Assembly (NCBI GenBank): GCA_043228905.1
Contig: JBHGNT010000011.1
Location: 3,906,001 to 3,970,000 of the forward strand
Length of the DNA: 64,000 bases
Source: Azolla caroliniana
Lineage: Eukaryota > Plantae > Polypodiophyta
Reading direction: 5' to 3'
Shown here: in pieces, positions 51,501 through 64,000 of the stretch
Numbering within the stretch: the stretch's first letter is position 1
Layout: every line of letters starts with the position of its first letter
Translations under genes and position numbers: made by a program
The notes under the pieces: model-generated
The model's database searches: none
The model's input: only the letters and a program-made list of their open reading frames with translations
What the model was told of the DNA's origin: nothing

Positions 51501-52879
51501 GTAATAGTGAACTATTTTAATACTAATGGAGGATATTTTTTATTGAAAAAAAGAGCTTAAATTGTGAAAACATTCATTCCTTGGATGGGAGTAAACATTT
51601 TGTGGAAACATTCTTAGGTGAAAACACGTTATCTCAAATTGTCACCTAGTGTGAAACTATGGTGATAGGTTCCACATGTTAGTGACTCAAGATTAATATA
51701 TTTCACATTTGATGTCTTTGTATGTACAATGAGTTATGGTACACTATGAAGGCAATAAATGAATATGAAGTATACTAATACGTTACTAAAAGATACTGCA
51801 CATTGCTAAAATACTTTAGAACATTGGACCATTTACATTGCATATTTTTCTTTTTAATATTCATGCACTTCTACATTTGTTTGTGATGTATCATCTACCA
51901 ATATTTTCTTTGATCTCAAAATGCTAAATTACAATAATCCATTGTTGTGACAACTTTACCTTGCACATCTCTCAAGAGTAGTATATTCATTGTGGGAATG
52001 AAACAAAATTTTCACTTATTATACCAATATAGACCACAACAACATCTGGATCCCTTTAATATAGAAATGTTCCTCCACATTCAACACTATCAAGTTTGCC
52101 AATGGCCTCACAGAACACATGCACGTAGACAAAGGAAGCAAATACTATTACAGGATTGGGGAGTACCATCATAGAAACTGGACACTAACCCTAATGTTAT
52201 GCATGATACTCTTGTTCCTAATATATAACATTAGAGTATGTGTTGGGCCAAATATGATGTTGTATTGAGAAATATTGACACCATGCATTGCCTTGCAGTT
52301 ACAATTATAAAAAATCTTGACGTATATACAACTTCCATCACTCTTCTTTCTTTTCACTCTTCGCAATGTCCTCAGTATCCATTTGCCTTCTTGTTCTTGT
52401 GATCTCATGAATTTCTGTGCTCTCTATTGCTCTTGTGCTTGTGCTATTGGGCTCTCGCGCTTTTGATATTTCTTTGTTCCACAATTTCAAGTAAGAAAAC
52501 AAAAGATACAAATAGAATATGACCTACAAAATGGTCATCATCAACAACCTATTGAACCCATCCATCCTCTACCCTACCCTTGATGTCATGTACATCGTAC
52601 ATCAATAGTTGAAGAGTCTTTAATGAACATATAAAGGAATAAATCTAGATTAAGAACAACTAATTATAAATAAATATAGTTAAATACAAAAACAAAGGTT
52701 ACAAATAGAATATACAAAATGGTTTGTCAACTTCTTAACCTCTCCTCTTCCTAATCCCTCATATTAATTATCTCAAAATTTAGATTTGATGATAAAAAAG
52801 GTTCAGGGGACATGGTTGCACACAAGCCTTCTCAATTCACTCAAAACTAATCTACCTAGACAATCATCTACACCATCAA

Positions 52880-53760
52880 ATACCCAAATATTGGGATTTG
52901 AACAAAATACAACTCATCTTCAATAAAATTGTCATCCTTAATGCCTACACATGATTGTTCAAATAATCTCGTGCAATCTATGGATTATCTACCATTTGTA
53001 TTTGTAAATGTTGTCCATATTCCCACACACTAATATAACCTCTCGCATATTAATAGGAACTAGATTCCAAATATAGTGTTATGTCAATTAGAAAAATCCA
53101 ATTCAAATGAGATGTGAAATATACAATACTAAATCATTTTGTCACATTAAATGTTTAGCTTGAGTTGATCCATCAATATAGGTTCATCGTTCATCTTTGG
53201 TTGTTCGACTCCATATCATATACCCATTCGAGGAGCGAAGGTGTTTCTTGCACTTGACACCTCTTTTGATGGAAGTTTCATCACTCAAATATTTTTCTTT
53301 AATTTCTTTAACAAATTGCAAGGCCATACATTGAGAGCTATTTATGATAAATATTGAGATGTTCTCTGCTCATTGTGTGAAAGTCAAAATGATGCCCTTT
53401 GACACAAACTAGAATCTTAGACATTATGTTTCTTCTTTGTATGCCCATGTACGTGGTGCATCTATGTGTACACCTCCCAAATACTTGAAGAGGTAATGCA
53501 TGCATGCATTCTTTTTGTAGTCAACCCTATGCCATTGTTCGTTTTGGCAATGATGTTGGATGAATAACGTACTTCAATATGCACATGAATCTCTCGACAC
53601 AAAACATCTACCGAGTGCTCATTACACTTGCAAGGCCAATCCATAAAATGAACCAAAACATGCACTTGAATATCAAAGAAACATATGGGGGATTCTTTCT
53701 CTATTAGACACACAGTCTCAAAAAACTTCCCTCTTCCTTAATTGTGTTTCACTCCTAGAT
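52880..53760 (-). mobile_element. Degenerate CACTA/En-Spm transposase remnant (DUF4218-like)
   Basis: PICFFDIQVHVLVHF then R*MFCVERFMCILK, matching the FPPSFFDIMVHL..RWMY..ER pattern. Confidence 0.65.
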
Positions 53761-54599
53761 ATTTCATTTGAGGAAATCCATCACATTGATGACCCTAAGA
53801 GGTATATTATGATCTTGTGTATCGTCACTGTCAAGTAACCATTTCTTGTAGGTGGCAACAATCATGTCGAATGCCAAACATTTTATTCCATGGGAGATCA
53901 TAGAAGTAAATGATATGCTTGGGGGAAAGAGCATGGTATTGTGCAGAATTGATCCCAAAGAGGATGAAGTGAAAATTGAACACTTTTCTTACTAGAATAT
54001 ATCTATTTACATCGCTTAAATGATAACACTTTAATTTTGTAGAGAATGTAAGACGATTTAACTTACATCTCTCACATATGTGTAGGGAGGGAGATTCAAA
54101 CTCTTGATTGTCACTTGATGGGTGAAAATTCTTGTGATAAGCTATTCCCTTTTTTCTTACTTTTTTACCATCATTCTCCTTCTCGTGAGTAACTTTTCCT
54201 TTTGTTCCTCATATTCACTCTTGTCACTATCTTCATCTCCCACCTCTCTATCTTCTTGATCACTTCACACTCTTCCTCCTGAATGCTATTACCTACTTCT
54301 TTACTTCACTTCTTGATTGATTGGTTATTTTCCTCATTGATCCTCCCCCCCATTCCTGAGTGTTTTAACATGCTACTTTCCATCATCATTAGGGTGGTTA
54401 AGATGCGTCTAGATTTGTCTTAAAGTTTCTGGATCCTTCTTTTCATAATTATAGAAATGACTATGTTCAATTTCAGGCTAATCGTTCCCTAAAATTACGA
54501 AAAGGAAATTAAACATATATGGCCCAATATGGGTATATTTTAATTCATAGTAATGGAAATGATGTTTCTTAATTTTAGAAAACTCCTTTATTGAATTTA

Positions 54600-57500
54600 T
54601 AAATATGTCCCAAATATTCAAGAAGCCTGTTGGCATAGTCCAACTCGGCAACGCGCAGACGTGCATAATTGTAAGGATCGGAGAAGTTCCAATTCAATTG
54701 ACGAATGTCAATTCGATAATCTTGCACCGAGTCTGGCACGTAGCCGAGCTAAGGAGTCTAGTTTCCATTGGCATGCTAGCCGAAGTGGGATACAACATGA
54801 CTCCTAATGAGTCGTCATGGATGATCAGCTGAGGAAACATGAAAATCGAGTGTGGATGCAAGTATACCAACTTGTGTCCGCTGATGGAGATTAATCCGGA
54901 GGGTACATTGAACGCAGTCGAATCATTGTATTCGAACTTATGGCATGGCCGACTCGGCCATAAGTCCCAAGCCAGTTTGGACCAGATGATGGTGATCAAC
55001 TACATCCCAAAATTCCAGACAAAGATGAACTTCTACGAGCATTATCGCTGCGGGAAAAGTTCGCACTCTCTCAAATACGAGACGATAAAAAAGCCCCTAA
55101 AGCTAGTATACACCAACATCTACGGGCCGATGCCCAAAAGATTGTTAGGAGGCTCCTGATACTTCATCATGTTCTTAGATGATTGTACGTGTGGGCTTAT
55201 TGGATTAAGTCCAAAGGTGAGGCGCTCAGGTCTTCTCTTGGTGGCTAGTTGAAGTGGAGAACTGTTCCAGACATTGGGTGAAGACAATCTGGTCTGACAA
55301 TGGAGGTGAATACACCTCCCGAGCCTTCAAACAAGACCTGTCTGACAAAAGGATCTGACACCAAAAGATCGTTCCATATACCCCCATGAAAAATGGTGTG
55401 GCGAAATGGATTAACCGAACGATCCAAGAGAAAGTGACGACAATACTCCAACAATCCGGACTAAAGCTGGAATTTTGGGTCGAGGCATTAGGGACGACAG
55501 TCTACTCGATCAATTTGTCACCGTCGAAAGCAATCCGGATCCAAGTGCCACAAGCACTATGGTTAGGAAGACAGTTGTTGTATGATCGACTTTGTACATT
55601 CGAATACGAAGCCTTTGCCTTTATTTTGAGGGAGAAGAGGACCAAGCTGCCACCCCATTCGACAAAGTCTATCTTTCTCAGTTATGGAACTGATGGGGAA
55701 TTCTGATACGGTCTATGGGACCTGGAGAACCGAAAATTGATCTGGAGTAGTCATGTGGTCTTCAATGAAGATTCAACTCTCTTTGGCGAATCCCAGTCGA
55801 AAATCAGCAAAAAGATCATTTTCGACCTTTGCGAGAAAGAATTGGAAGCAGGCATGCTGATCATTGAACTAAATCAGTCATCAGGCAAACTACCCAACCG
55901 TCTCGGCCAATAACCCACTTGATGAAGCTGAATCGACAAGAGGTTTGACAACTGACTCCGGATCAGCTAGACAACTGACTAGAGCCCAACTGGCTAAAGT
56001 GACCAATGGCCGATCTGAATTGACCAAAGCACTAACAAATTGGTCAACTCTTGAAGAAGAGGTGGATCTGACATTGATGCAAGAAAATTTCCATCGCAGA
56101 TCATCCCCCCGATCTCCTTACAATGATGGTCGAATGAATGCTGATCTTGAATTGCAGATCATCGAATGAATGCTGATCAGACCACAAAGACGATTGAAGA
56201 ATCCGAACCAACAAAATCGGCAGCAAGCAGATCTGGATGAGTTCGAAGGCCGACAAAGTTCTATCAGCCTGGCCTCGACTACGTCAACTACACGGACGCA
56301 AGCGAACCAAGTTCCTATGAGGAAGCTATAACCGCGCCGGATGCCGACACATGGATGCAAGCCATGAAATCCAGAATGGACTCAATAAAAGAGAATGACG
56401 CATGGGAGCTGGTCGAACTACGAACTGGAAGGAAGCCGCTAGCGTGAAAGGGGGTCTATAGATACAAATATGTATCCGGTTCGGACAAACCCAAGTACAA
56501 AGCTCAGTTGGTCGCCAAGGGATTCTAACAAGAATACATCATCAACTACGACGATATATTCTCTCCGGTAGTCAAGATGACAACCCTTCGGCTCCCACTT
56601 GGAGTCGTGGCGATAGAGGACCTAGAGCTCAAGTAGTTAGACCTCAAAGAAGGCATATACATGTCTCAACCGGTAGACTTTGCGTTGATGGGGGAGCAAG
56701 GTCACCTCATCTACAGGCTAAAGAAGTGCCTTTACGGCCTAAAGCAAGCACTCAGAATGTGATATCAGAAATTTGATACCTACATTTGGCAACATAGATA
56801 GAGCCGGTTGAACTCCGACCCGTGGTACGCATATTCGGCAATTGGCCAACAAGTCCCGGATCTATTTGATCCTTTACGACCACGACATGCTCATCGACGG
56901 TAGCGACATAGTAGAAATCAGAAAGCTAAAGTAGAGCCTCCAAGAGAAATTCTCAATGAAGGAACTCAGGGAAGCCAGACACATTCTAGGCATGAGGATA
57001 GAGCTAAATTGGACCAAAAAGATCCTCCGGCTCTCCTAATCCGACTACATCTGAAAGGTGTTGAGGCGCTTCAATATGGAGAACGCGAAACCGGCACCAA
57101 CACCGTGTCCGACATTGCATCGACTATTGGACAAAGACTCCCCATCCATAGAAGAGAGGAGAGAAAGCTCATGAGTAGAATACCCTATGCATTGACCATA
57201 GGAAATCTTATGTACGTGATGGTGGCCACCTGACTAGACATTGCCTATGTCGTCGGGGTCACCGGCTGGTACATGTCCAATCCTAGGCAGAAGCACAAGG
57301 AAGCTTTGAAGAACATATTCAGTACCTTGAGGCACCGTAGATTTGCATTTGACATTCGGCTTGGATCATCCGACCGCAGTCAAAGGCTTCACCAACTCCG
57401 ACTATGCCTGCAACCCCGACAATCGGAAGTTGACATCCAATTATGTTTTCACCTATGGAGGTGGAGCCATATCATGGAGGTCAAAGTTATAGGACTGCAT

Positions 57501-58430
57501 GACACACTCAACAACAGAGGCTGAGTATATAGCTACATTAGAAGCAGCCAAGGAAGCCATTTGGCTGCACCGATTGTTAGCTGATTTTTTGGTGAAGAGC
57601 CGAATTGACCATCTGGGACCAACCTTATATTGCGACTCACAAGCATAATACACCTCATCTGAAATCCGGTATATCATGCTACGACAAAGAACATTGAGGT
57701 GAGGTACCATCACATCTAGGAGCTTGTCACTAGGAAGATGTTCGACGTCCGGAAAGTGGATACCAAGGTGAACATCGCTGACATCTAGACAAAGCCACTC
57801 CCAGACCAGCGTTTTGGCACACTAAGAGGATAGATGGGACTACAACAAGAGAGCGAACAAAGAGGAGCCGGACATGGAGCAAAGGGTAAGTCGAAGATCG
57901 GGAAGGCCAAACAAACCGAAACGACTAAGTCAAAGGGGCCGGACAGTCGAAAGGTTGTAGACGTGGCTAAGTGCGAGGAGACCAAAAGGATTAAAGACGA
58001 TCGAAGGACAAACAGAGCCGAGAACTAATCGTAGAACCCCCTAGAAGCACAAGATCCAACATACATGAGAAGCCGATGGCCTAGAGGCCAAAAATCGAAG
58101 ACTACTTGATTTAGACAACAAGTCGACTCGACTAAATTGACTATACCTCTACCGATTCGGGTACCAACCGATCGGCTTGTAACATACACTGTAGTTTAAA
58201 TTTAAGTTATAATTTAAGCTTATGGGGGAGATAACTCCATATCATTGTATGTAGATAGAGTAGTCCTTTTATGAGGGAGTTTGTTGGTATAAAAGGCCGA
58301 CTCCACCCACTGTTGTATCTCTAGTGTAAACATAAGACTCAGTTAGGGCTTGACTATAAAATCTTGTGACTCAACAATTGTGAGATAGTTTTTTGAGGGA
58401 AATAACAGAGTCTACTTTGAGCTTCTATGT
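54600..58430 (+). mobile_element. Degenerate Ty1/copia pol with PPT
   Basis: LWHGRLGH, NGVAKWINRTIQEKV, YKAQLVAKGF, LYGLKQA, LSTTEAEY and TKNIEVRYHH. PPT-like atgggggagataa at about 58222. Confidence 0.85.
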
Positions 58431-59855
58431 TTAATTGTCTGTTTCATCTTCTTGAATTCTATTTACAGTGCACATCTCTTTCTTGCTTGCTACCTATGTT
58501 GTTTGCTAGCCTCACTGATAGGTCCTCAATCTTATTCCGCAATATCAACTTCCATATTCAACATGAGCTTCACGACATCCACCCCCCAAACTTGCACACT
58601 TATGCAAGTTCAATAATTTCGCTTTCCTTTAATCATCAAAGAATCCAAAACTTCTAATGTATCCTCAAAGTAAAGCTTCATGGATTTTTACCCCAACAAC
58701 TTTTGTGAACATTGTCAATATGTCCACAAGGTAAATCCACATGGTATTAGTTCAAATCTCATAGTCAACCTTCCAAAAGTCCTCAAATCAGACCTTTCCT
58801 TTACTTGCAATAACAGCCACCTCATTCCAAAAGCTAATACCAACACGAGGATTTCCTACCTTCAATCTAGAAATGATCAAATCTAGTAAATTTCTTGTGT
58901 CCTCTTGGCTTTGGCGTTCTCAAGTAACTTCTTCATTCTTCTTTATCCAAAGTTGAATCAAAGAGGGTGTCAAGTTTTTGATAGAGGAATCTTCACATAC
59001 TAGTAGAATAAATTTCCATCAAGATCTGCTTGATGACTAATGGAGTCCCTCTTTTGATGTTTCTTGCTATTACATCTTATACACTAATGGGTAAAGTTTT
59101 TTACCTTCCTAAGGATTTTGTTTGCTTGAGCTTTGAATTTTCTCTAACATGGCAAACCTCAACAATATATGCTTCATGCCTTTAATTATTCAAGTGGCAA
59201 TTCTAATTATTTTCCTTTCCCCCCGCTTGCTTCAATAGTCAACTCTTGTATTGTATGATATTGAGCAATAATATTCTTTGAGCTTTCTAAATTGTCCTTG
59301 ATTAGCAATGCCCTTCTTTGGAGATATACAACAAGCATCTAGGACATGGCCCAGTTGGAGACAAGTCCAATGAGCTTGTTCTATGCTAAAAAAGGATCTC
59401 TCAAACTTTTTAAAATGATTTTTGCACCCTTTAGACTGATAAATTTACCTTCTCTAACTCAATAAACACTTGATCATTTAGTCGGAGCTCGATGTTCTTG
59501 TTTCTCAAATTCCCTTGTAGTTCTAACATTGAGTAGTTACTTTCCCTCCTTTCTTGGTCCATTTGAGAAAGGTCTTTGTTGCAACTCTAGTGTGGTCATC
59601 ATGAATATACTCATCTAAGAATTCTTGAAAGAACCCACTCCAATGTACGTGGAATCTTTCTTGAAAATTCACTACTTTCAAAAATGTAGAGTCACCACTC
59701 TATTGAATTGAGCCATCATGTGTAGCGTATTTGTAACTTTATTGCCCATTTTATAGCCACAGACCTCTAGAAATTTGATGTCTTTCTCATTGCATACACC
59801 AATTTGTTTTTAGATAACCAATTTCATGGTGAGTGTCAACTTGCTTTTCAATCAG

Positions 59856-60361
59856 TTAGCCACACTTTTCTCTTGTATCATTAAGCTCATCATGGTATCA
59901 TGAGGTTTACTAGGTCCAATTTAAAGCCGTTCTTAGCAATTTCTACTAATGGGTCCCCTTTGTTGATGTTTCACGTTGAGTTTGCCAAAAATTTGTCATG
60001 CCAAATCTTTGGGATTGCATTGAATTGGAGATCGTAGAAGTAAATGAGATGGTTGATGTCATGAACACATGACCACTATGGCGTCACCCGGACTTGAACC
60101 TAGGACCTTAGCCACACTTTTCTCTTGTATCATTAAGCTCATCATGGTATCATGAGGTTTACTAGGTCCAATTTAAAGCCGTTCTTAGCAATTTCTACTA
60201 ATGGGTCCCCTTTGTTGATGTTTCACGTTGAGTTTGCCAAAAATTTGTCATGCCAAATCATTGGGATTGCATTGAATTGGAGATCGTAGAAGTAAATAAG
60301 ATGGTTGATGTCATGAACACATGACCATTATGGCATCACCCGGATTTGAACCTAAGACCTT
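59856..60361 (+). repeat. Near-perfect tandem duplication of about 252 bp spanning the chromovirus insertion junction
   Basis: ttagccacacttttctcttg...gaacctaggacc occurs twice (starts 59856 and 60108). Confidence 0.9.
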
Positions 60362-63300
60362 ATAGTCTATAATTGAAAATCTCAACCATTAAGATAGCTT
60401 ATTGTAACATGAGAGAATAAAAGCCACTTTTTGTATTACATGGATTATTGTAAAACTCTGGATCATTCCAGAATGTCCTTGAACATTCTAGAACATTATA
60501 GAAATCTCTAAGATATTCTATAGGAACCTATAAATAGGGGCATACATGTATTCTTAAATCAATTCCAATCAACACTAGTGTTTAGCCCTCATTACATACC
60601 TTGTATCCATTCTCATTCTTTTTCTATCTTAATACACCCATTCCTCTCTTAACATTTTGTTCCTTTCTTCTTGTGTTCTCTTATATCCTTCTTCCATCAC
60701 TCTATCTTTAATTCTTGGTTCTGACAGTTTGATTCGAATTTTTTCTCTCTCTTATCCTCCTCTATAACCATCACGAAACCATGGCCGCCATCAACTTAGA
60801 AGAATATGTCACCCTTGTTGCAGAAATGGAGAATATTAAATCTAAGTTCGCATCTCTTGAAGTAGACAATCAATGTCTACTTGGGGATCTACAAAAGGTT
60901 ACTATAGAGAAGCAACAACAACAAGAGGAGTTCACGTGACGAGTTCAACAGTTAGAGTCGACAATTGTAGTTACAACAACAAAAGGTCGACGTTCAAGGA
61001 CTTATGAAGGAGCCCAAAATCAGCCTCCCAGTTAAATTTGATGGTTCGAAGGCGCATTTCCGAGGTTTTTAAAATCAAGTACGGTTGGTGATTCAAATGC
61101 ATCCCACATGTTATTTGACAGATGCATCACAAATCGGGTTAGTGGGCACCTTATTGGCTAGCATAACGTTGTCATGGTTTACTCCATTACTAGAGACAAG
61201 TTCTCCTCTACTGAATAATTTCAAGGAGTTTATCAAAGAATTTAAGGCTTGATTCGGAGATACTGATGGGGCAAGAACAATAATCAACAAGATTCGTACA
61301 CTACGTCAAGGTGATAAGCCAACATCGACATATGCAGCCAATTTCTGTCTCTTTGCAAGTGATATTCCTTGGGATGAACAAGCCCTAATGGAGCAATTCC
61401 GTTCCAGCCTTCGTAGTGATGTGAATGACTTACTTCTTATGTTCCCCGAGGATTCAAGGTTACTTACAGAAGCCATTAGTCGAGCAAGATCAAGATCAAG
61501 ATTCACAAGTGAGCGACAACAACAAATAACAAGATCAAGATTCACATGTAGTTCAGTCCCAATGGATAGTCCCCAGCCATAGAGATCGATATGACCCAAC
61601 GACAAGGACCATTGTTAGACGAAGAGAAGCAACGATGTTGAGCAAACTGTCTGTGCTTATATTGCGGAGGTCCAGGACATATAGCCATTCATTGCTCCCG
61701 CAGGCGGAGACGTCAGGTAAATCAAATTCACTATGACAATAAAAATGAGTCCAACATTTTAGAAGTAGTTAGTGAATCTAATATTATGAATAATCCACCC
61801 TTGTCCAATAAGTTTGAAGTTCTAAGCCAATTACAATAGGAGTCAAACGAATAAGTCCGGCCAAAATTTGAGCTATTTGGTCGGACAACCCTAGATATGT
61901 ACAACCTAGTGTGGGTTCCATTTCTTCCAAGCATGTTAGTACAGTCTTCTCAACCCAAGTACAAGTTAGGACACCGAGTTGTCAACTTCATGTCCAAGCC
62001 CTCTTAGATACTGGAGCCAATTCTTGTTTCATGGATAGAGATTTTGCCCAAAAACACCATATATCCTTGCATATACTTCCTTGTCCAGTTTCCGTAGTAG
62101 TGATTGATGGACGTCCCATAGCTTCCGGGAAGATATTCGAAGAGTCTGAGCCAATACACATACTCTTAGGTGATTTACGATGTGTAGTTTCCTTTAACAT
62201 AATCCGTAATCTTGAGCATCCAATTGTCCTCGGTTTGCCATGGTTCCAGCTACATAACCCCAGAATCAATTGGAGGAAGCAAGAAATTTGGTGCCCTTTA
62301 GCAAAAAATATCATTGCCAAGGATCGAACTCAGGATTATTCTCTTAAAGAATATAGTTCTACCAATGCATCATCTTCTTTTGCATCAAATTTCAACCATC
62401 ACATTGCAACAATTGTGCTAACTGGAACCTTTTCTTATTTGCAATATCAGGGACACCTTCTAGTGCCACTCAAGGGAATTTAGGCATCCAAATTCCCAAA
62501 CAATATCAAGACCATGTTGATGTTTTTGACAAAGTCAAAGCTAGCGTTCTTCCAAAGCATCGGCCGTACGATTGTCCTATTGACCTCCAACCAGGAAAAG
62601 AGTCACTGTGGGGTTCGATTTACAATTTGTCACCAACTGAGCTTGAGGTTGTTCGAGAATACATCGAGGAGAATCTTGCACATGGATTTATTCGACATTC
62701 AAAGTCTCCAGCTGGTGTTCCTATCTTTTTTGTGAAGAAAAAGGACAGCTCCCTTCGTTTGATCGTGGACTATTGAGGCTTAAATAAAGTCACCATAAGG
62801 AATAGGTATGCTCTACCTTTAATCTCTAGTCTTTTAGAGCGCATTGGTGGGGCAAAGCATTTTACCAAAATTGATCTAAGGGGTGCATATAATCTTGTTC
62901 GAATTCGACTAGGAGATGAGTGGAAAACTGTATTTTGTACTCGGTATGGTCATTTCGAGTATACAGTCATGCCTTTCGGGCTTACAAATGAACCCACAGT
63001 TTTTCAACATATGGCAAATGACATTTTCCGGGATTTCTCGGATATCTTTCTCATCTCTACCTAGATGATGTGTTGATTTACTCTAAAACACAAGAGGAGC
63101 ATGATATACATGTGTGGAAAGTACTTGATCGCCTAAGAAAGTATGGTCTTTATGCCAAACTTGAGAAATGTAGTTTTGACTGCAAACATGTCGAATTTTT
63201 GGGATACACTATTTCATCCAAGGGTATTTTCATGGATCCGGCAAAAGTGCAAACAATATTGGAATGGCAACCCCCATGCTCATTTTGGGACGTCTAGTGT

Positions 63301-64000
63301 TTCCTACGATTTGCCAACTTCTATTGCAAATTCATACATAATTATTCAAGCATTGTGTTGCCCCTCACACAACTCACCAGGAAAAATCAAGCATTTTTTT
63401 GGAGTATCGAAGCGGACAAGGCTTTTACTCAATTGAAAGAGGCATTCACATCAGCACCTATTCTAGCGCATATTGATCCTGAAAAGCCATTTACTATTGA
63501 GGCAGATGCATCAAACTTCGCATTGGGGAGTATCCTATCGCAACCAAGCGAGGACGGGCAAACTCATCTAGTCGCATTTCACTCGAGAAAATTTACTGTT
63601 GCGGAGATAAACTATGAGGTGCATGACAAGGAGTTACTAGTTGTGGTCGACTCATTCGAGCAATGGCGACATTTCCTAGAAGGATCGCCTCATCAGATTA
63701 TCATTTATAGTGATCACAAAAATTCTCACATATTTTCAAATAGCTCGAGTATTAAATCTAGACAACAAGCTTAGTGGGCCCAATTTCTAACGCCTTTCGA
63801 TTTCGAACCTATAAATAGGGGCATACATGCATTCTCAAATCAATTCGAATCAACACTAGTCTTTAGCTCTCATTACATACCTTGTATCCATTCTCATTCT
63901 TTTTCTATCTTAATACACCCATTCTTCTCTTAACATTTTGTTCCTTTCTTCTCGTGTTCTCTTATATCCTTCTTCCATCACTCTATCTTTTATTCTTGGT
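60309..64000 (+). mobile_element. Chromovirus (Tcn1/Tf1-like): 5' LTR 60309-60726, gag, protease, RT, RNase H, then a deletion into the 3' LTR (~63805-end)
   Basis: [50 protein letters not shown] and EADASNFALG. LTR sequence resumes at gaacctataaatagggg. Confidence 0.88.

Overview
Eukaryotic, repeat-rich plant genomic DNA. A fern or other seed-free land plant is my inference from the TE families, the PLS-class PPR gene and the microsatellite load. Two convergent host genes occupy the first 11 kb: a 4-exon DUF630/DUF632 (NRG2/REL2/APSR1-like) gene on + and an intronless PLS-class PPR gene on -. The rest is a nested pile of degenerate TEs: RTE-like LINEs, Ty3/gypsy chromoviruses, copia remnants, a young non-autonomous LTR element and a CACTA remnant. 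The highlight is a precisely delimited 9.3-kb DNA transposon (22424-31723) with 29-bp TIRs and a 4-bp TGAT TSD, whose empty site is visible in a paralogous LINE copy in the same window. It carries a Sola-like DDE transposase on + and, divergently on -, an intron-containing gene for a prokaryote/phage-type ParB-like + beta-class N6-adenine/N4-cytosine DNA methyltransferase. An array of perfect-ish palindromes lies between the two genes. This copy is pseudogenised. Also notable are chromovirus LTRs with a Tf1-style self-priming PBS and an antisense tRNA-like segment in U3.
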